Of a DNA stretch of 64,000 nucleotides, positions 9,906 to 19,703 are shown one piece after another. The translations under genes and the position numbers were made by a program. Origin of the DNA: Phycisphaerae bacterium (GTDB lineage: Bacteria > Planctomycetota > Phycisphaerae > UBA1845 > Fen-1342); the NCBI GenBank assembly GCA_050115495.1, contig JASFQK010000013.1:32001-96000 (forward strand). The letters run 5' to 3'. Each line of letters begins with the position of its first letter. Position 1 is the stretch's first letter. The notes beneath the pieces were generated by a model that worked only from the letters and a program-made list of their open reading frames with translations, was not told where the DNA came from and did no database searches.

Positions 9906-11423
9906 TTACGCGGCACGCCGGAGTCGAAGACCCTTCGGCACGACGATTCGGTCGATGAGCTCGAAGAACCCTTGCACCAGCAGGGCGAGAATCGCCGCCG
10001 GGATGGCGCCCTGCATGATCACGCCGTAGTCGTTGAGGCGGATGCCGGTGAAGATCGGTTCGCCGAAGCCGCCGGCGCCGATGAAGCCACCGAGCGTGGC
10101 GAAGCCGACATTGATGACGGCTGCCGTCTTGACCCCCGCCAGGATCATCCGCGAGGCGAGTGGCAGCTCGATCCGCCACAGCCGCACCCAGGGGCCCAGC
10201 CCGAGCGCGACGGCCGATTCCTGCAACTGCGGCGAGATGCTGCGGAGGCCGGTAAGCGTGTTCCGGACGATCGGCAGCAGGGAGTAGAGGAAGAGCGCTA
10301 CGACCGCCTGCGGATAGCCGAGCTCGTCGGAGAAATAGCTCACCGGGCGGATCAGGAGCACGAGCAGGGCGATGGCGGGGATGGTCTGGATGATGCCGAC
10401 GACGCCGAGGATCGGTTGGGCGAGTTGTGCCTTACGGGCGCCGATGACGCCGAGCGGAATCGCTACGAGCATCGCGGCGGCTAACGACACGGCCACCATG
10501 TTCAGGTGCTCCAGGGCATAGCGGATGATGTCCCGGGAGAGGCTCCGCTCGCGAACGGCGGAATGGATGCCCCGCGCCGTGGCCAGGAACTCCGCGGCGA
10601 CGCGGCCTTCGTCGGCTCCGTCGAGCTCGACGCGCGCGTTCATGTTCATCATCGCCGTCTCGTCGATCGTGCCCTCCAGGGCGTGGAGTGCGGCGATGAG
10701 TTGCGGCGCACGCTGGGCCAGCTCGTCGCGGTACACGTATACGGCGTGATATTGCGGGAAATGCTCGAGGTCGTCTTCGAGCCGCCGCAGATCGAGGCTG
10801 CGGATCTTCGCGTCGGTGGCGTACAGGTCGGTGACCTGAATCACGCCCTTGTCGATGGCCTCGTAGGCGAGGGCGTGCTCCAGGCCGCGGACGTCCTGCT
10901 GCGGCAGTTGATAGCGTTGGGCGAGTGCGTCCCAGCCATCCGCACGCTTCATGAACTCGTTGCTGAAACGCAGGATGAGGTCGGGATGATCGCGCAAGTC
11001 GCTGATGCGGCGGATGCCCATGTCGGCGGCCACGTCTTCCTTCATCCCGATGACGTACGTGTTGTTGAAGCCGAGCGGTTCGGTCATCTGCAGACCGGAC
11101 TCGGCCAGCTTCGCACGCAGGGCGGCCACGCCGCGGACACCCTGGCCGGCGAAGATCTCTTCGCTCATCGTGCCCGTGTACTCGGGATAGATGTCGATCT
11201 GTCCGGCCAGCAACGCTTCCCAGAGCAGCCGCGTGCCGCCCAGGCCCTCGACGTGCTCGGCCGTGAGTCCCTCACTGTCCGCCAGATGCGCGACGATCTC
11301 CGCCAGGATGACGGATTCGGTGAAGGCCTTCGAGCCGACGCGCACCGCCTGGGCCTGATCCGCGCTGGCCGGGGCCAGCAGTCTCAAGACGACCAGCAGC
11401 AGAATGCAGCGTGGCCCGTTCAA
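9906..11423 (-). CDS. Glycine betaine/osmoprotectant ABC transporter, fused substrate-binding and permease
   Basis: VGSKAFTES, IDIYPEYTGT, GFNNTY; permease with ESAVALG loop and IGAGGFG. Confidence 0.92.
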   Translation of the reverse strand: MNGPRCILLLVVLRLLAPASADQAQAVRVGSKAFTESVILAEIVAHLADSEGLTAEHVEGLGGTRLLWEALLAGQIDIYPEYTGTMSEEIFAGQGVRGVAALRAKLAESGLQMTEPLGFNNTYVIGMKEDVAADMGIRRISDLRDHPDLILRFSNEFMKRADGWDALAQRYQLPQQDVRGLEHALAYEAIDKGVIQVTDLYATDAKIRSLDLRRLEDDLEHFPQYHAVYVYRDELAQRAPQLIAALHALEGTIDETAMMNMNARVELDGADEGRVAAEFLATARGIHSAVRERSLSRDIIRYALEHLNMVAVSLAAAMLVAIPLGVIGARKAQLAQPILGVVGIIQTIPAIALLVLLIRPVSYFSDELGYPQAVVALFLYSLLPIVRNTLTGLRSISPQLQESAVALGLGPWVRLWRIELPLASRMILAGVKTAAVINVGFATLGGFIGAGGFGEPIFTGIRLNDYGVIMQGAIPAAILALLVQGFFELIDRIVVPKGLRLRRAA

Positions 11424-12172
11424 TGGATGGCCTCCGACGAGGATTCCAGCGGGCTGCGCTGGGCGTTGACGAACTCGGTGACGAATGCGTTGGCGGGCGA
11501 ATCGAGCAGCTCGCGGAAGGAACCGAGCTGGATGATCCGGCCTGCGCGCATCAGGACGATCGTGTCGCCGAAGTAGCCGGCCTCACCGAGATCGTGCGTG
11601 ACCATGACGACCGTCTTGCCCAGGGCGCGGAAGATGGAGCGCAGCTCCGCCTGGAGCCTGCTGCGGATCATGGGGTCAAGTGCCCCGAGCGGTTCGTCCA
11701 TCAGCAGCACGTCCGGGTCGAGCATGAGTGCCCGCATGAGGCTGACCCGTTGGCGTTGACCACCGGAGAGCTGGGCCGGGTAGCGATCGAGTCCGTCCGC
11801 GGGGAAGTGCGTCAGCTCGATGAGTTCGTTCAGTCGCTGCGTGATGCGTTCGGCGTTCCACCCCAGGTGGCGGGCGACGAGGGCCGCATTGCCGCGCGCG
11901 GTTAGATGAGGGAACAGGCCGCCATCCTGGATTACGTACCCCATCCGGCGGCGCAGCAGCATGGCATTGCTCGGCGTGAGTGCCTCGTCCTCAAAGAGGA
12001 TGTGGCCGGTGTCGGGGCGGATGAGTCCGATCATCAGACGCAGCAACGTGGACTTGCCGCAGCCGCTCGGGCCGATGAGGACGGTGGTCCGGCCCGCTTC
12101 GATCGTCAGGTCGAGCGGGTGCAGCGCTGCCACCGCGCCGAAGCGTTTCGAGATGTCGTGTAGTTCGAACAC
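11420..12172 (-). CDS. Osmoprotectant ABC transporter ATP-binding protein
   Basis: GPSGCGKS, GYVIQDGGLFPH, LSGGQ, LLMDEP; 4-bp overlap with the next gene. Confidence 0.93.
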   Translation of the reverse strand: MFELHDISKRFGAVAALHPLDLTIEAGRTTVLIGPSGCGKSTLLRLMIGLIRPDTGHILFEDEALTPSNAMLLRRRMGYVIQDGGLFPHLTARGNAALVARHLGWNAERITQRLNELIELTHFPADGLDRYPAQLSGGQRQRVSLMRALMLDPDVLLMDEPLGALDPMIRSRLQAELRSIFRALGKTVVMVTHDLGEAGYFGDTIVLMRAGRIIQLGSFRELLDSPANAFVTEFVNAQRSPLESSSEAIH

Positions 12173-12245
12173 GTTTCATCCGGGCGCGGGCGAGGATGTG
12201 CGGTGCACGACTGCGGGGCGCAGGCGTCGCCGCCTCCGGGCCGCG

Positions 12246-12560
12246 CTAGTCGTCGACGTCGTCCTCTGCGTCGAGGTCGTCGTCGGGCTCGTCGAGCTCG
12301 CCGCTTTCGACCGCCTCGATCATCTCAACGAGCCACTCCAGGTCGCCCGCCTCCATGTCCAGCTCGACGCGTAGCACGACGAGTTCGTCCTCCTCGCTGG
12401 CGGCGGTCGCCAGGTCCCATTCGTGGCGCCCGTAGACGACCTCCTCGTCGTGGGTGGCCGCGTCAATGGCGATGACGACGTCCGCCTCCGCGAGCAGCTC
12501 GCGGCATTCACGCCCGCGCAGTTCGTCGATCGAGATCGTCGCTCCGTCGAAGTTACTCAC
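12246..12560 (-). CDS. Small very acidic hypothetical protein
   Basis: Coding-like composition, D/E-rich; AAGG before the GTG start. Confidence 0.65.
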   Translation of the reverse strand: MSNFDGATISIDELRGRECRELLAEADVVIAIDAATHDEEVVYGRHEWDLATAASEEDELVVLRVELDMEAGDLEWLVEMIEAVESGELDEPDDDLDAEDDVDD

Positions 12561-13022
12561 CTTGCGTCACCTTCCGCCGGGCCGCCGAATGCCTGATACC
12601 CAACCGGCTTCGGTCCGTCGCCCTGCTCGTTCACTACTGGGTGGCGACGGCGTTGTCCTCGGCGGCCGGCGGCCCCGTCACCACGCCCCCGACCCCATGG
12701 ATTTAGATTGAACTCAAACTATATGATAGGTCGCCCGAACGTGCAAACGGAGGGTGGATGCGACGGCATGAACATAACATGTTTATGGGTATGCGGTTGT
12801 GCGTGTGTGTCTGTTTCGGCCGGTGCCGCGTTTTCAATTGTGACGAATCTTGCGGCGGGACGTGCGGGCTGTGTGGGGCGCTGATCGTGCGTTCGTTGGG
12901 GGGCGCGCCGCACCGGCTCGCCGGCGGGCCGGTTCACGTCCCGCGGGCGGTCACGGTGTGATCTTGCAGTGGCGGCCGCGGGCTGCGGCAACGAGCCGGC
13001 TGGTCCAGCGAGACCCGCGTGG

Positions 13023-14054
13023 CTACCGCCGCACTTGCCTGACGGCCAGCCCGAGGCTCGTGGTCAGCAGGAGGAGCGAGCCGGGCTCCGGTACGCGGGC
13101 GACGCGGAAGCCGGAGTCCATCGAGTCGTGCGTCGGCCTGCCGTAGTCGAACCGGCAGCCGGCGTTCATGAAGTCGTTGATCACGTCGATGTAGGATCCG
13201 CCGCGCAGGCCGCGAACCGTGCCCTGGGTGCCGGTAAACACGGCCTCGTTCCATTCCCACACGTTGCCGCCCTGGTCGAACGTCCCGTAGCAACCCCCGG
13301 ACAGCGAGAAGAAACCGACTTCCGTCCGCCAGTAGGGGGCCCCGATGGTGTGATCGCCGTCGTAGTAGTTGGCCGTATTGCCTGTGTCGCCTTCCGGGTT
13401 CCCGTTGTTCGGCGTCGTGTCCGAGCCGGTGGGGTAGTTGTAGTAGTGGCCCGTCACGCCGTCGTTGTAGTGATAGGCGGCCTTGTACCACTCATCCTCG
13501 GACGGGATGGCCCACGTCGCGTTCGGCTTGCGCACGACGGCCAGCAGGGCGGCCCGCGTCACCGCCCCGTTCAGGAAGTACGAGCCGTCCTCGGTTGTCG
13601 TCAGGTCCTGAACGCCGCTCGGCTGGCCGTTGTGCAGCCAGTTTACGAAACGGGCCGCGTCGCCCCAGTTGGTGTAGTTAACCGGGCGATTGGCCCACTC
13701 CGCGGCGACCGAGTACGTGAAGCTGCCCGACGAGCCGCTGCGCTGAATCCGGCAGCCGAACGAGTCGCTGAACATGGCGGTGTTGTACAGACCGTACGTG
13801 TCCGTGCGGGCCACGGCGTTGAGAAACTCCGTGTACTGCCCGGCGGTGACCTCGTACTTGCCGATGGCGTAGACGTAATCTACCGCGCCGCAGACGCGGT
13901 CGGGACCGTAGCCGCCCGGTGCGCTGGCCCCGGAGATCTCGCCGACGTTGCCGGGATTACCGATCGTCACGGTTTGGATGTCCACCGCGTGCGCGACGGA
14001 GGCGATGACCAATAGCACGGCGACCTGCGCTACGAACTTCCTTACTCCGCTCAT
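13023..14054 (-). CDS. FGE-sulfatase (SUMF1-like) domain PEP-CTERM protein
   Basis: IGKYEVT, NRPVNY, IPSEDEWYKAAY, YGTFDQGGNVWEW, GFRVA, VPEPGSLLLL. Confidence 0.92.
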   Translation of the reverse strand: MSGVRKFVAQVAVLLVIASVAHAVDIQTVTIGNPGNVGEISGASAPGGYGPDRVCGAVDYVYAIGKYEVTAGQYTEFLNAVARTDTYGLYNTAMFSDSFGCRIQRSGSSGSFTYSVAAEWANRPVNYTNWGDAARFVNWLHNGQPSGVQDLTTTEDGSYFLNGAVTRAALLAVVRKPNATWAIPSEDEWYKAAYHYNDGVTGHYYNYPTGSDTTPNNGNPEGDTGNTANYYDGDHTIGAPYWRTEVGFFSLSGGCYGTFDQGGNVWEWNEAVFTGTQGTVRGLRGGSYIDVINDFMNAGCRFDYGRPTHDSMDSGFRVARVPEPGSLLLLTTSLGLAVRQVRR

Positions 14055-14136
14055 CGTGTGTTCTCCAACTGCAAAGGTGCTGACCCCGGGCCAATGAGCA
14101 GTGGCCGGCTTTCCCGGCGCGCGCTCCTGCGCCGTT

Positions 14137-14167
14137 CACTTCGAATTGGGGCGGCAGAATCGCTCAC
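14137..14167 (-). promoter_or_regulatory. Candidate ECF-dependent promoter GTGAGCGA-N14-TTCGAAGTG
   Basis: Same motif and spacing at 17169-17199. Confidence 0.6.
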
Positions 14168-14239
14168 GGAAGGCGTGAAATCAGGGATGATTCACGCGTG
14201 TTTTCGGGGATGGTGGCAGGGGGGCATACGCCGCGGTCG

Positions 14240-17128
14240 TCACTGAGCCTCGCCGGGTAGGCGGTCGCGCCACTCGGTGGCGTCGGCGGGTTTGCCCCAG
14301 GTCTCATAAAAAGCGGCGATGCGGCGGATGGCGCGCAGTGTCGTGTCACTGGTCTTGCCGTGACGGGCCTGGATGGCAGGCAGTGCGTCCAGGAACATGC
14401 GCTCCGCCTCGTCGAAGCGCTCCTGGGCGAGCAGGTACTCGCCGCGAAGGCTCATGAGACAGCCGGGGCAGGGGCCTTTCTGTCCGTCAGCCTGTTGCCG
14501 CTCGGCGATGTCGATGGCCTGCTGGAATAACGCCGCCGCTTCGGGCGCGTGCCCTTGCTGCTGCCGACAACGGGCCAGGGCGACCGTGGGTCCGATCAAC
14601 TGCACGTCGCTGTCGCCGTACGCCTGTCGGTGGGCGGCGAGCACCTGGCGGATCATCTCTTCCTGTTCGCCCATCCGCCCCTGCTGCCAGAGCACGTTGA
14701 GCAGCAGGTACATGCACTCCAGCGAATCCTCGTGCAGGTCGCCCAGTTCGCGGCGCAGGACGGGGAGGGCCTCGTGCAGCAGTTTTTCCGCTTCGGCGGT
14801 CTTGCCCAGCGTCGCCAGCGGCCTGGCCAAGCCCGCCATGCACCGGCACGTGTAGCGATGGTTCCTGCCGTGCAGACGCTCCAGCCCGGCCAGCGCGTCG
14901 CGGTAGATCTGCTCCGCGTCGGACCAGTGACCTTCGGCGGCGAGCGCCCACGCCACGTTCTCCATCGACTCCAGCGTTTCCGGATGATCGCGTCCCAGCA
15001 GGCGTCGCCGGACTTCGACAGCCTTCGTGATCAGCGGCATGGCTTCGGCCGTTCGCTGCTCGTGGAGGTGCAGGACGCCCAGAATGTGCATCGACTCCGC
15101 CGTGTAGACGCTTTCTTCGCCGTACACGCGCATGCTCGTGCGCAGCGCCTCCTCGCTGAGCGCGCGGGCCTCGTCCAGGTGGTCGAGGCGTTGCAGCAGC
15201 CAGGACAGCGCGTTCAGCGCCACCAGCGTCTTGGGATGCTCGTCGCCGTAGAGCCGGCGGAAGCTATCGAGTGCCTGTCGGCAGTATGGCTCCGCGGCCT
15301 GCCAGCGCCCGCCGGATTGCAGCGTCCACGCCAGATAGGCCATCGCGTTGACCGTGTGGGCGTGGTCCGGACCGAGGGCTTGCTGGCCGAGCGACATGGC
15401 CTCGCGCAGCAGCGGCTCCGCCTCCGACAGCTTGCTGTCGTACATCAGGGCTTTGCCCAGGCTGTTCATGGAGGCGATCGTGTCGGCGTGCGCGTCCCCG
15501 AGCGTTGCGCGACGCAGATCGACCGCGGTCGCCAGGAGTGGCTGCGCCTTGCCGAAGAGGCCCAGGTTTGTGTAGACGCGGCCGACGATGTCCAGGAGCC
15601 GGGCCTGGATCTCGGGCTGTTCCTTCAGGTTGCGCTGGATGTTCTCGGCGGCGGCGTCCAGCATCTCGCGCGCTGTTCCGCCGGAGCCGTCCGTTTGCAG
15701 GGGATCCGCCGCTTCGAGCAGGGCGGTGAGGATCTGGGCGACCTCGGCTGCGGTCTGCGCCTCTGCCTGGGCGAGCCGCTCCGCTTTCTGAGCGCGGACG
15801 GTGTTGGCCTCGGCGGTTTGGCGTTCGTGCTGGGCGTGGGCGCGGAGCACGTCCGCCTGAGCGTACAAGACGCTCATCCAGATGCCGAAAGCCAGCAGGA
15901 TGCCCAGCACCACCGCGGCCGAGGCGAACGCCGCCTTGTGGCGTTTCGCCAGCTTGCGTAGTTGATATGTCAGTCCGGGCGGACCGGCCGTCACGGGCTC
16001 GTCGCGCAGGTATCGTTGGACGTCCTCGGATAAGGCCACGGCGGCGTCGTACCGCCGATCGCGGTCCTTCTCCAGCGCCTTCATGACGATCCAGTCCAGG
16101 TCGCCGCGCAGCGTCCTGGCCAGACTGCCGGGTTCGATCCGCCGGGCGCGGGCTACGCGGGCGAGCGTGTCGCCGAGGCCACCGACGCGACGCGACGGCG
16201 TCGGCGGTTCGCGCTCGCGCACGACGCGCTGCATCTCGGCGTACGACGTGTCGCGCAGCGCCTGCGTGTCGAAGGGCGTGACGCCGGCCAGTAGCTCGTA
16301 CAGCAGCACGCCGAGCGAGTAGATGTCACTGCGCGTGTCGACGTCCAGTTCGCCCATGCTCACCTGTTCGGGGCTGACGTACTCCGGCGTGCCCACGAAT
16401 TGGCGGAAACCTGTTTGCAGGGTCTTTTCGGTCAGCGATTCGTGCATCGCCTTGGCGATGCCGAAGTCGATCACCTTGGGCGCGGGCACGCCGTCGCGTA
16501 GCGTGACCAGGACGTTGGACGGCTTGATGTCGCGGTGGATGACGCCCTTCTGGTGGGCGTGGTGCACCGCTTGGCACACTTGGACGAAGAGCGCCGCCCG
16601 CTCGCGAATGGTCGCCCAGTGCTCGTCGCAGTATTCGGTGATCGGAGCGCCGCGGACCAGCTCCATCACGAAGTAGGGCCGGCCGCCTTCCGTCGCGCCG
16701 GCGTCGAGCACGCTGGCGATGTGGGGATGCTCCATCATCGCCAGGGCCTGCCGCTCGGCTTCGAAGCGGGCGATGACCTGCCGGGTGTCCATGCCCAGCT
16801 TCACGATTTTCAGGGCGACCGTTCGCCGGACGGGCCGCTCCTGCTGCGCCATGTAGACTGCCCCGAAGCCGCCCTCACCCAGCAGCTCGAGCAGCTTGTA
16901 CGGGCCGATCGACTGGCCGATCAGCTCGTTGTCGCTGCGGTCCAGCTCTTCGACCGCGTGGAGCGAGGCGATCGTGTGGCTGTCCAGGTGGGCCAGCAGC
17001 GAGTCGACCTCCGCCCGGACGTCCGACTCATCGCAGGCGGCGTCGAGGAAGGCCGGACGCTCGTCGGGCGGCAGAACGGCCGCCTCGTGAAAGAGCTCCT
17101 CTACCTTTCTCTGGAGTGCCGCGTTCAT
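14240..17128 (-). CDS. Ser/Thr protein kinase with TM helix and TPR repeats
   Basis: LGEGGFGAVY, VALK, HRDIKPSN, DFGIAK, GTPEY; TPR repeats of the HPxT type; start set at MNAALQ. Confidence 0.95.
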   Translation of the reverse strand: MNAALQRKVEELFHEAAVLPPDERPAFLDAACDESDVRAEVDSLLAHLDSHTIASLHAVEELDRSDNELIGQSIGPYKLLELLGEGGFGAVYMAQQERPVRRTVALKIVKLGMDTRQVIARFEAERQALAMMEHPHIASVLDAGATEGGRPYFVMELVRGAPITEYCDEHWATIRERAALFVQVCQAVHHAHQKGVIHRDIKPSNVLVTLRDGVPAPKVIDFGIAKAMHESLTEKTLQTGFRQFVGTPEYVSPEQVSMGELDVDTRSDIYSLGVLLYELLAGVTPFDTQALRDTSYAEMQRVVREREPPTPSRRVGGLGDTLARVARARRIEPGSLARTLRGDLDWIVMKALEKDRDRRYDAAVALSEDVQRYLRDEPVTAGPPGLTYQLRKLAKRHKAAFASAAVVLGILLAFGIWMSVLYAQADVLRAHAQHERQTAEANTVRAQKAERLAQAEAQTAAEVAQILTALLEAADPLQTDGSGGTAREMLDAAAENIQRNLKEQPEIQARLLDIVGRVYTNLGLFGKAQPLLATAVDLRRATLGDAHADTIASMNSLGKALMYDSKLSEAEPLLREAMSLGQQALGPDHAHTVNAMAYLAWTLQSGGRWQAAEPYCRQALDSFRRLYGDEHPKTLVALNALSWLLQRLDHLDEARALSEEALRTSMRVYGEESVYTAESMHILGVLHLHEQRTAEAMPLITKAVEVRRRLLGRDHPETLESMENVAWALAAEGHWSDAEQIYRDALAGLERLHGRNHRYTCRCMAGLARPLATLGKTAEAEKLLHEALPVLRRELGDLHEDSLECMYLLLNVLWQQGRMGEQEEMIRQVLAAHRQAYGDSDVQLIGPTVALARCRQQQGHAPEAAALFQQAIDIAERQQADGQKGPCPGCLMSLRGEYLLAQERFDEAERMFLDALPAIQARHGKTSDTTLRAIRRIAAFYETWGKPADATEWRDRLPGEAQ

Positions 17129-17168
17129 GTGCGTGCCTCGGAATCGTTGCTTCGGCCGAGCCACCACC

Positions 17169-17199
17169 CAATTCGAAATCGGCGGCTCATTTCGCTCAC
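17169..17199 (-). promoter_or_regulatory. Candidate ECF-dependent promoter GTGAGCGA-N14-TTCGAATTG
   Basis: Twin of 14137-14167. Confidence 0.6.
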
Positions 17200-17253
17200 G
17201 GTGCTGGCGTCTGAATCCGTCGGTCCGGCGAAGCGGCAGTACGCCGCGCGTGT

Positions 17254-17847
17254 TCAGGCCGAGTCGCCTCCGGCGAGTTCGCGCTCCAGCCAGGTGCGGA
17301 TGAACCGCCACTCGCGTCCCACCGTCGCCACCGAGATGCCGAGCGCCTCCGCGGTCTCCGCCGTCGTCATCCGGGCGAAGTAGCGCAGGTTGATGATTTG
17401 CCCTTTGCGCGGGTCCTCGCGTTCGAGTCGGCGAATCGCCTCGTCGATGGCCAGGACCTCGCGCGAAGGTGCGTCGGCCGCCGGCTCGTTCAGCTCGTTG
17501 TCGAGGCGTCGCAGGCCGCCGCCCTCCTTCAGAGAGGACTTGTGCCGCGCCTGCTCCACGAGGATGTGCCGCATCGCCCGGGCGGCGGCGGCGAAGAAAT
17601 GGGCACGATCGCCCCAGCCCGGGTCCTCGCGACCCACGAGACGCATGTAAGCCTCGTGAACCAGGGCCGTGGCCTGTAGCGTCTGGCCCGGCGGGAGCTT
17701 CCGCAGCCGCGCCTGGGCCAGTTGTCTCAACTCATCGTACACGAGTGGCAGCAGGTCCCGCGCGGCTTCGCGACCGCCGGCGAAGTCGCGGAGAATCTGT
17801 GTGACTGGATTGGTATCGTTGTCTGGCAAGTGCTGCCGCCGGTGCAT
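17254..17847 (-). CDS. ECF sigma factor, planctomycete kinase-associated type
   Basis: LLPLVYDELRQLA, TLQATALVHEAYMRL, HFFAAAARAMRHILVE, C-terminal HTH. Confidence 0.93.
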   Translation of the reverse strand: MHRRQHLPDNDTNPVTQILRDFAGGREAARDLLPLVYDELRQLAQARLRKLPPGQTLQATALVHEAYMRLVGREDPGWGDRAHFFAAAARAMRHILVEQARHKSSLKEGGGLRRLDNELNEPAADAPSREVLAIDEAIRRLEREDPRKGQIINLRYFARMTTAETAEALGISVATVGREWRFIRTWLERELAGGDSA

Positions 17848-18080
17848 CCTCTCCGGCGCCGCGCCGGCGAGCCCGCCGCACGGCCCCGGCGCATGATTTG
17901 CGCCTCGTATCCTGCCGTCGACTCGATCCTATCGTGGCAGCCCGGCGGGCACAATCGCGGTTGTCGGGTCGGCGCTCAGCGTCGGTCGGCAGTTGCGGCG
18001 GCGGGCCGACTCGATCTCTCGAAGTCAACAGCCGGCCGACCAACTGACGACCGCATCCGCGTGCGCGCCGTCGCCCCGCA

Positions 18081-18995
18081 TCAAGGATCGCAGGCGAATC
18101 GGAACGCGTCGTCCAGGTCGGGCGGCAATACCAGCGTCTGAAAAGAACGATCGCGCGCGTCCTCGCAGAGGGCGGCGCGCCGTACGGCGTTATTCACGAA
18201 CTCAGCCGCGTACTCGGCGTTGAAGACCGGCTTCCCGGCGTCGATGAACGGTTGCAGGGCGTCGCATTCGTCGTACTCGTGGCACTGTTCGTTCACGCAG
18301 AAGTCGAAATACGCGACCAGCTCCGGAACCTGGTCGACGTCATTCTTGAGGCCGACACTGAGCCCGCGGGCGTGCGCCTCGTTGGCCAGGAAGCGGTTGA
18401 AGTCGAGCTGGTCTGCCGGTGTCAGAGCAAAGCCGCTGTCGTTGTCATAGGCATCGACATTGTCGGGCTCGACGCCGTCGCAACCGCGCTGCACCGCCAG
18501 ATCGAGCCTCGCCTGCATGATCCGCCGGACGTTCGCGGAGCGGATGTCGAGCCAGCGCTCGTCCACGTAGTCCTCGAGCGTGTTACCCAGCTCTGCCGCC
18601 AGGAACTCGTCGGCGTCCGGGCGGAAGTCCTCGAACGTGCCGGCGGAGAAGTAGCAGATCACCCGGCGACCCTGGGCGTGCAGCTCTTCGATGGGTTCCG
18701 GGGACGAATCGAACAGGTCGATGTCGTACACGTCGACGTCGTAAGTCGTGTTGATCCGGCCGTCGGCGTCAGTCTGGAGCTGCCACTGCCACGTCGTGTC
18801 CACGCCGGGCTGATACCATTCGCCCTGTGCGGGCGGCGGCGTGTTCGTATCGCCGGAGGAATCCCCCGCGCCATCGTCCGGCCCGTCGGCTGCCGGCGGG
18901 CAGCCAAACAACACACTGGCCAAACCAACCAGCACGAGCAGCAGCACGCTGCGTGCGTTGGGCAAACCTCTGTTCTGAGGATTTCGTGAGAGCAT
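18081..18995 (-). CDS. GH114 endo-alpha-1,4-polygalactosaminidase-like lipoprotein
   Basis: WQWQL, YDIDLFD, ICYFSAGT, GCDGVEPDNVD, GLKND, NEQC; LFGC lipobox. Confidence 0.88.
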   Translation of the reverse strand: MLSRNPQNRGLPNARSVLLLVLVGLASVLFGCPPAADGPDDGAGDSSGDTNTPPPAQGEWYQPGVDTTWQWQLQTDADGRINTTYDVDVYDIDLFDSSPEPIEELHAQGRRVICYFSAGTFEDFRPDADEFLAAELGNTLEDYVDERWLDIRSANVRRIMQARLDLAVQRGCDGVEPDNVDAYDNDSGFALTPADQLDFNRFLANEAHARGLSVGLKNDVDQVPELVAYFDFCVNEQCHEYDECDALQPFIDAGKPVFNAEYAAEFVNNAVRRAALCEDARDRSFQTLVLPPDLDDAFRFACDP

Positions 18996-19179
18996 CGGCA
19001 TGAGACCAGCGATTCTGACAGCTCTGCCTGCTATTCTACGCATCCCCCGCAGGCAGAACGAGCACGCATTCGCGCGGTCAACGGACCGTCCCCGTGCCGG
19101 GGTGTGCTGCTGGACGGCGGCCCGGAAGACGCTACGCTGAGGTTTGCTGGATACTTCAGTTATCCGGGAGCGTGCAGCC

Positions 19180-19656
19180 ATGATCGACTTCAAACCGGAT
19201 ACCAGTGCTCCGCCGCCGGGCTTGAGGACGTTGGCGCAGCTCGAAGAGGATCTCGGGCTCATGCTGCCGGAGGAGTACGTCGCGCTGCTCCGGCAATCGA
19301 ACGGCGGCGTGCCCGTGTGTGGCTGTTTTGAGTGCGACGGGCAGGAGCGATTGGTCGAGCGGTTCCTGTGCATACTGGATACGCCGGAAGAGGACGAGGC
19401 GCACGGCCCGTATGACGTGAGCGTGGTCTGGTCGCAGGTCGGCGAGCGACTCGTGGACGATCCCGCCCTGGTCGGCACGAACGTGTTGCCCATCGCCGCG
19501 TTGTCCGCGGGCGACCTCGTCTGCCTGGACTTCCGCGAAGATCCTGCCACGCCGGCGGTGGTCGTCTGGGATCACGAACAGAGCGCGGAGCTGCATCCGC
19601 GCCTCGTGCGCGTGGCGGATTCGCTGCTGGATTTCCTGCGGATGCTGCGTCCTTGA
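19180..19656 (+). CDS. SMI1/KNR4 (SUKH) family immunity-type protein
   Basis: LEEDLGLMLPEEYVALLRQSNGG, LPIA...GDLVCLDF, VVVWDHE, VADS. Confidence 0.85.
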   Translation: MIDFKPDTSAPPPGLRTLAQLEEDLGLMLPEEYVALLRQSNGGVPVCGCFECDGQERLVERFLCILDTPEEDEAHGPYDVSVVWSQVGERLVDDPALVGTNVLPIAALSAGDLVCLDFREDPATPAVVVWDHEQSAELHPRLVRVADSLLDFLRMLRP

Positions 19657-19703
19657 ACCGCTTCGATCGCGAGTAGGTTCAGGATGCTCCCGAGGAGCGG
19701 CGT

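Noticed and set aside
12758..12961. Small Cys-rich ORF as a RiPP precursor or metallothionein
   Set aside because: Cysteines derive largely from TG-rich low-complexity sequence; no modifying enzymes nearby
13023..14054. Diversity-generating retroelement target (FGE/C-type lectin fold)
   Set aside because: No reverse transcriptase and no template repeat with adenine-specific mismatches in the window
17129..17311. Longer kinase start from the ORF track
   Set aside because: Overlaps the ECF gene and the candidate promoter; typical kinase N-terminus begins at 17128
18996..19550. N-terminal extension of the GH114 ORF
   Set aside because: Antisense to the SMI1/KNR4 gene; signal peptide begins near 18995
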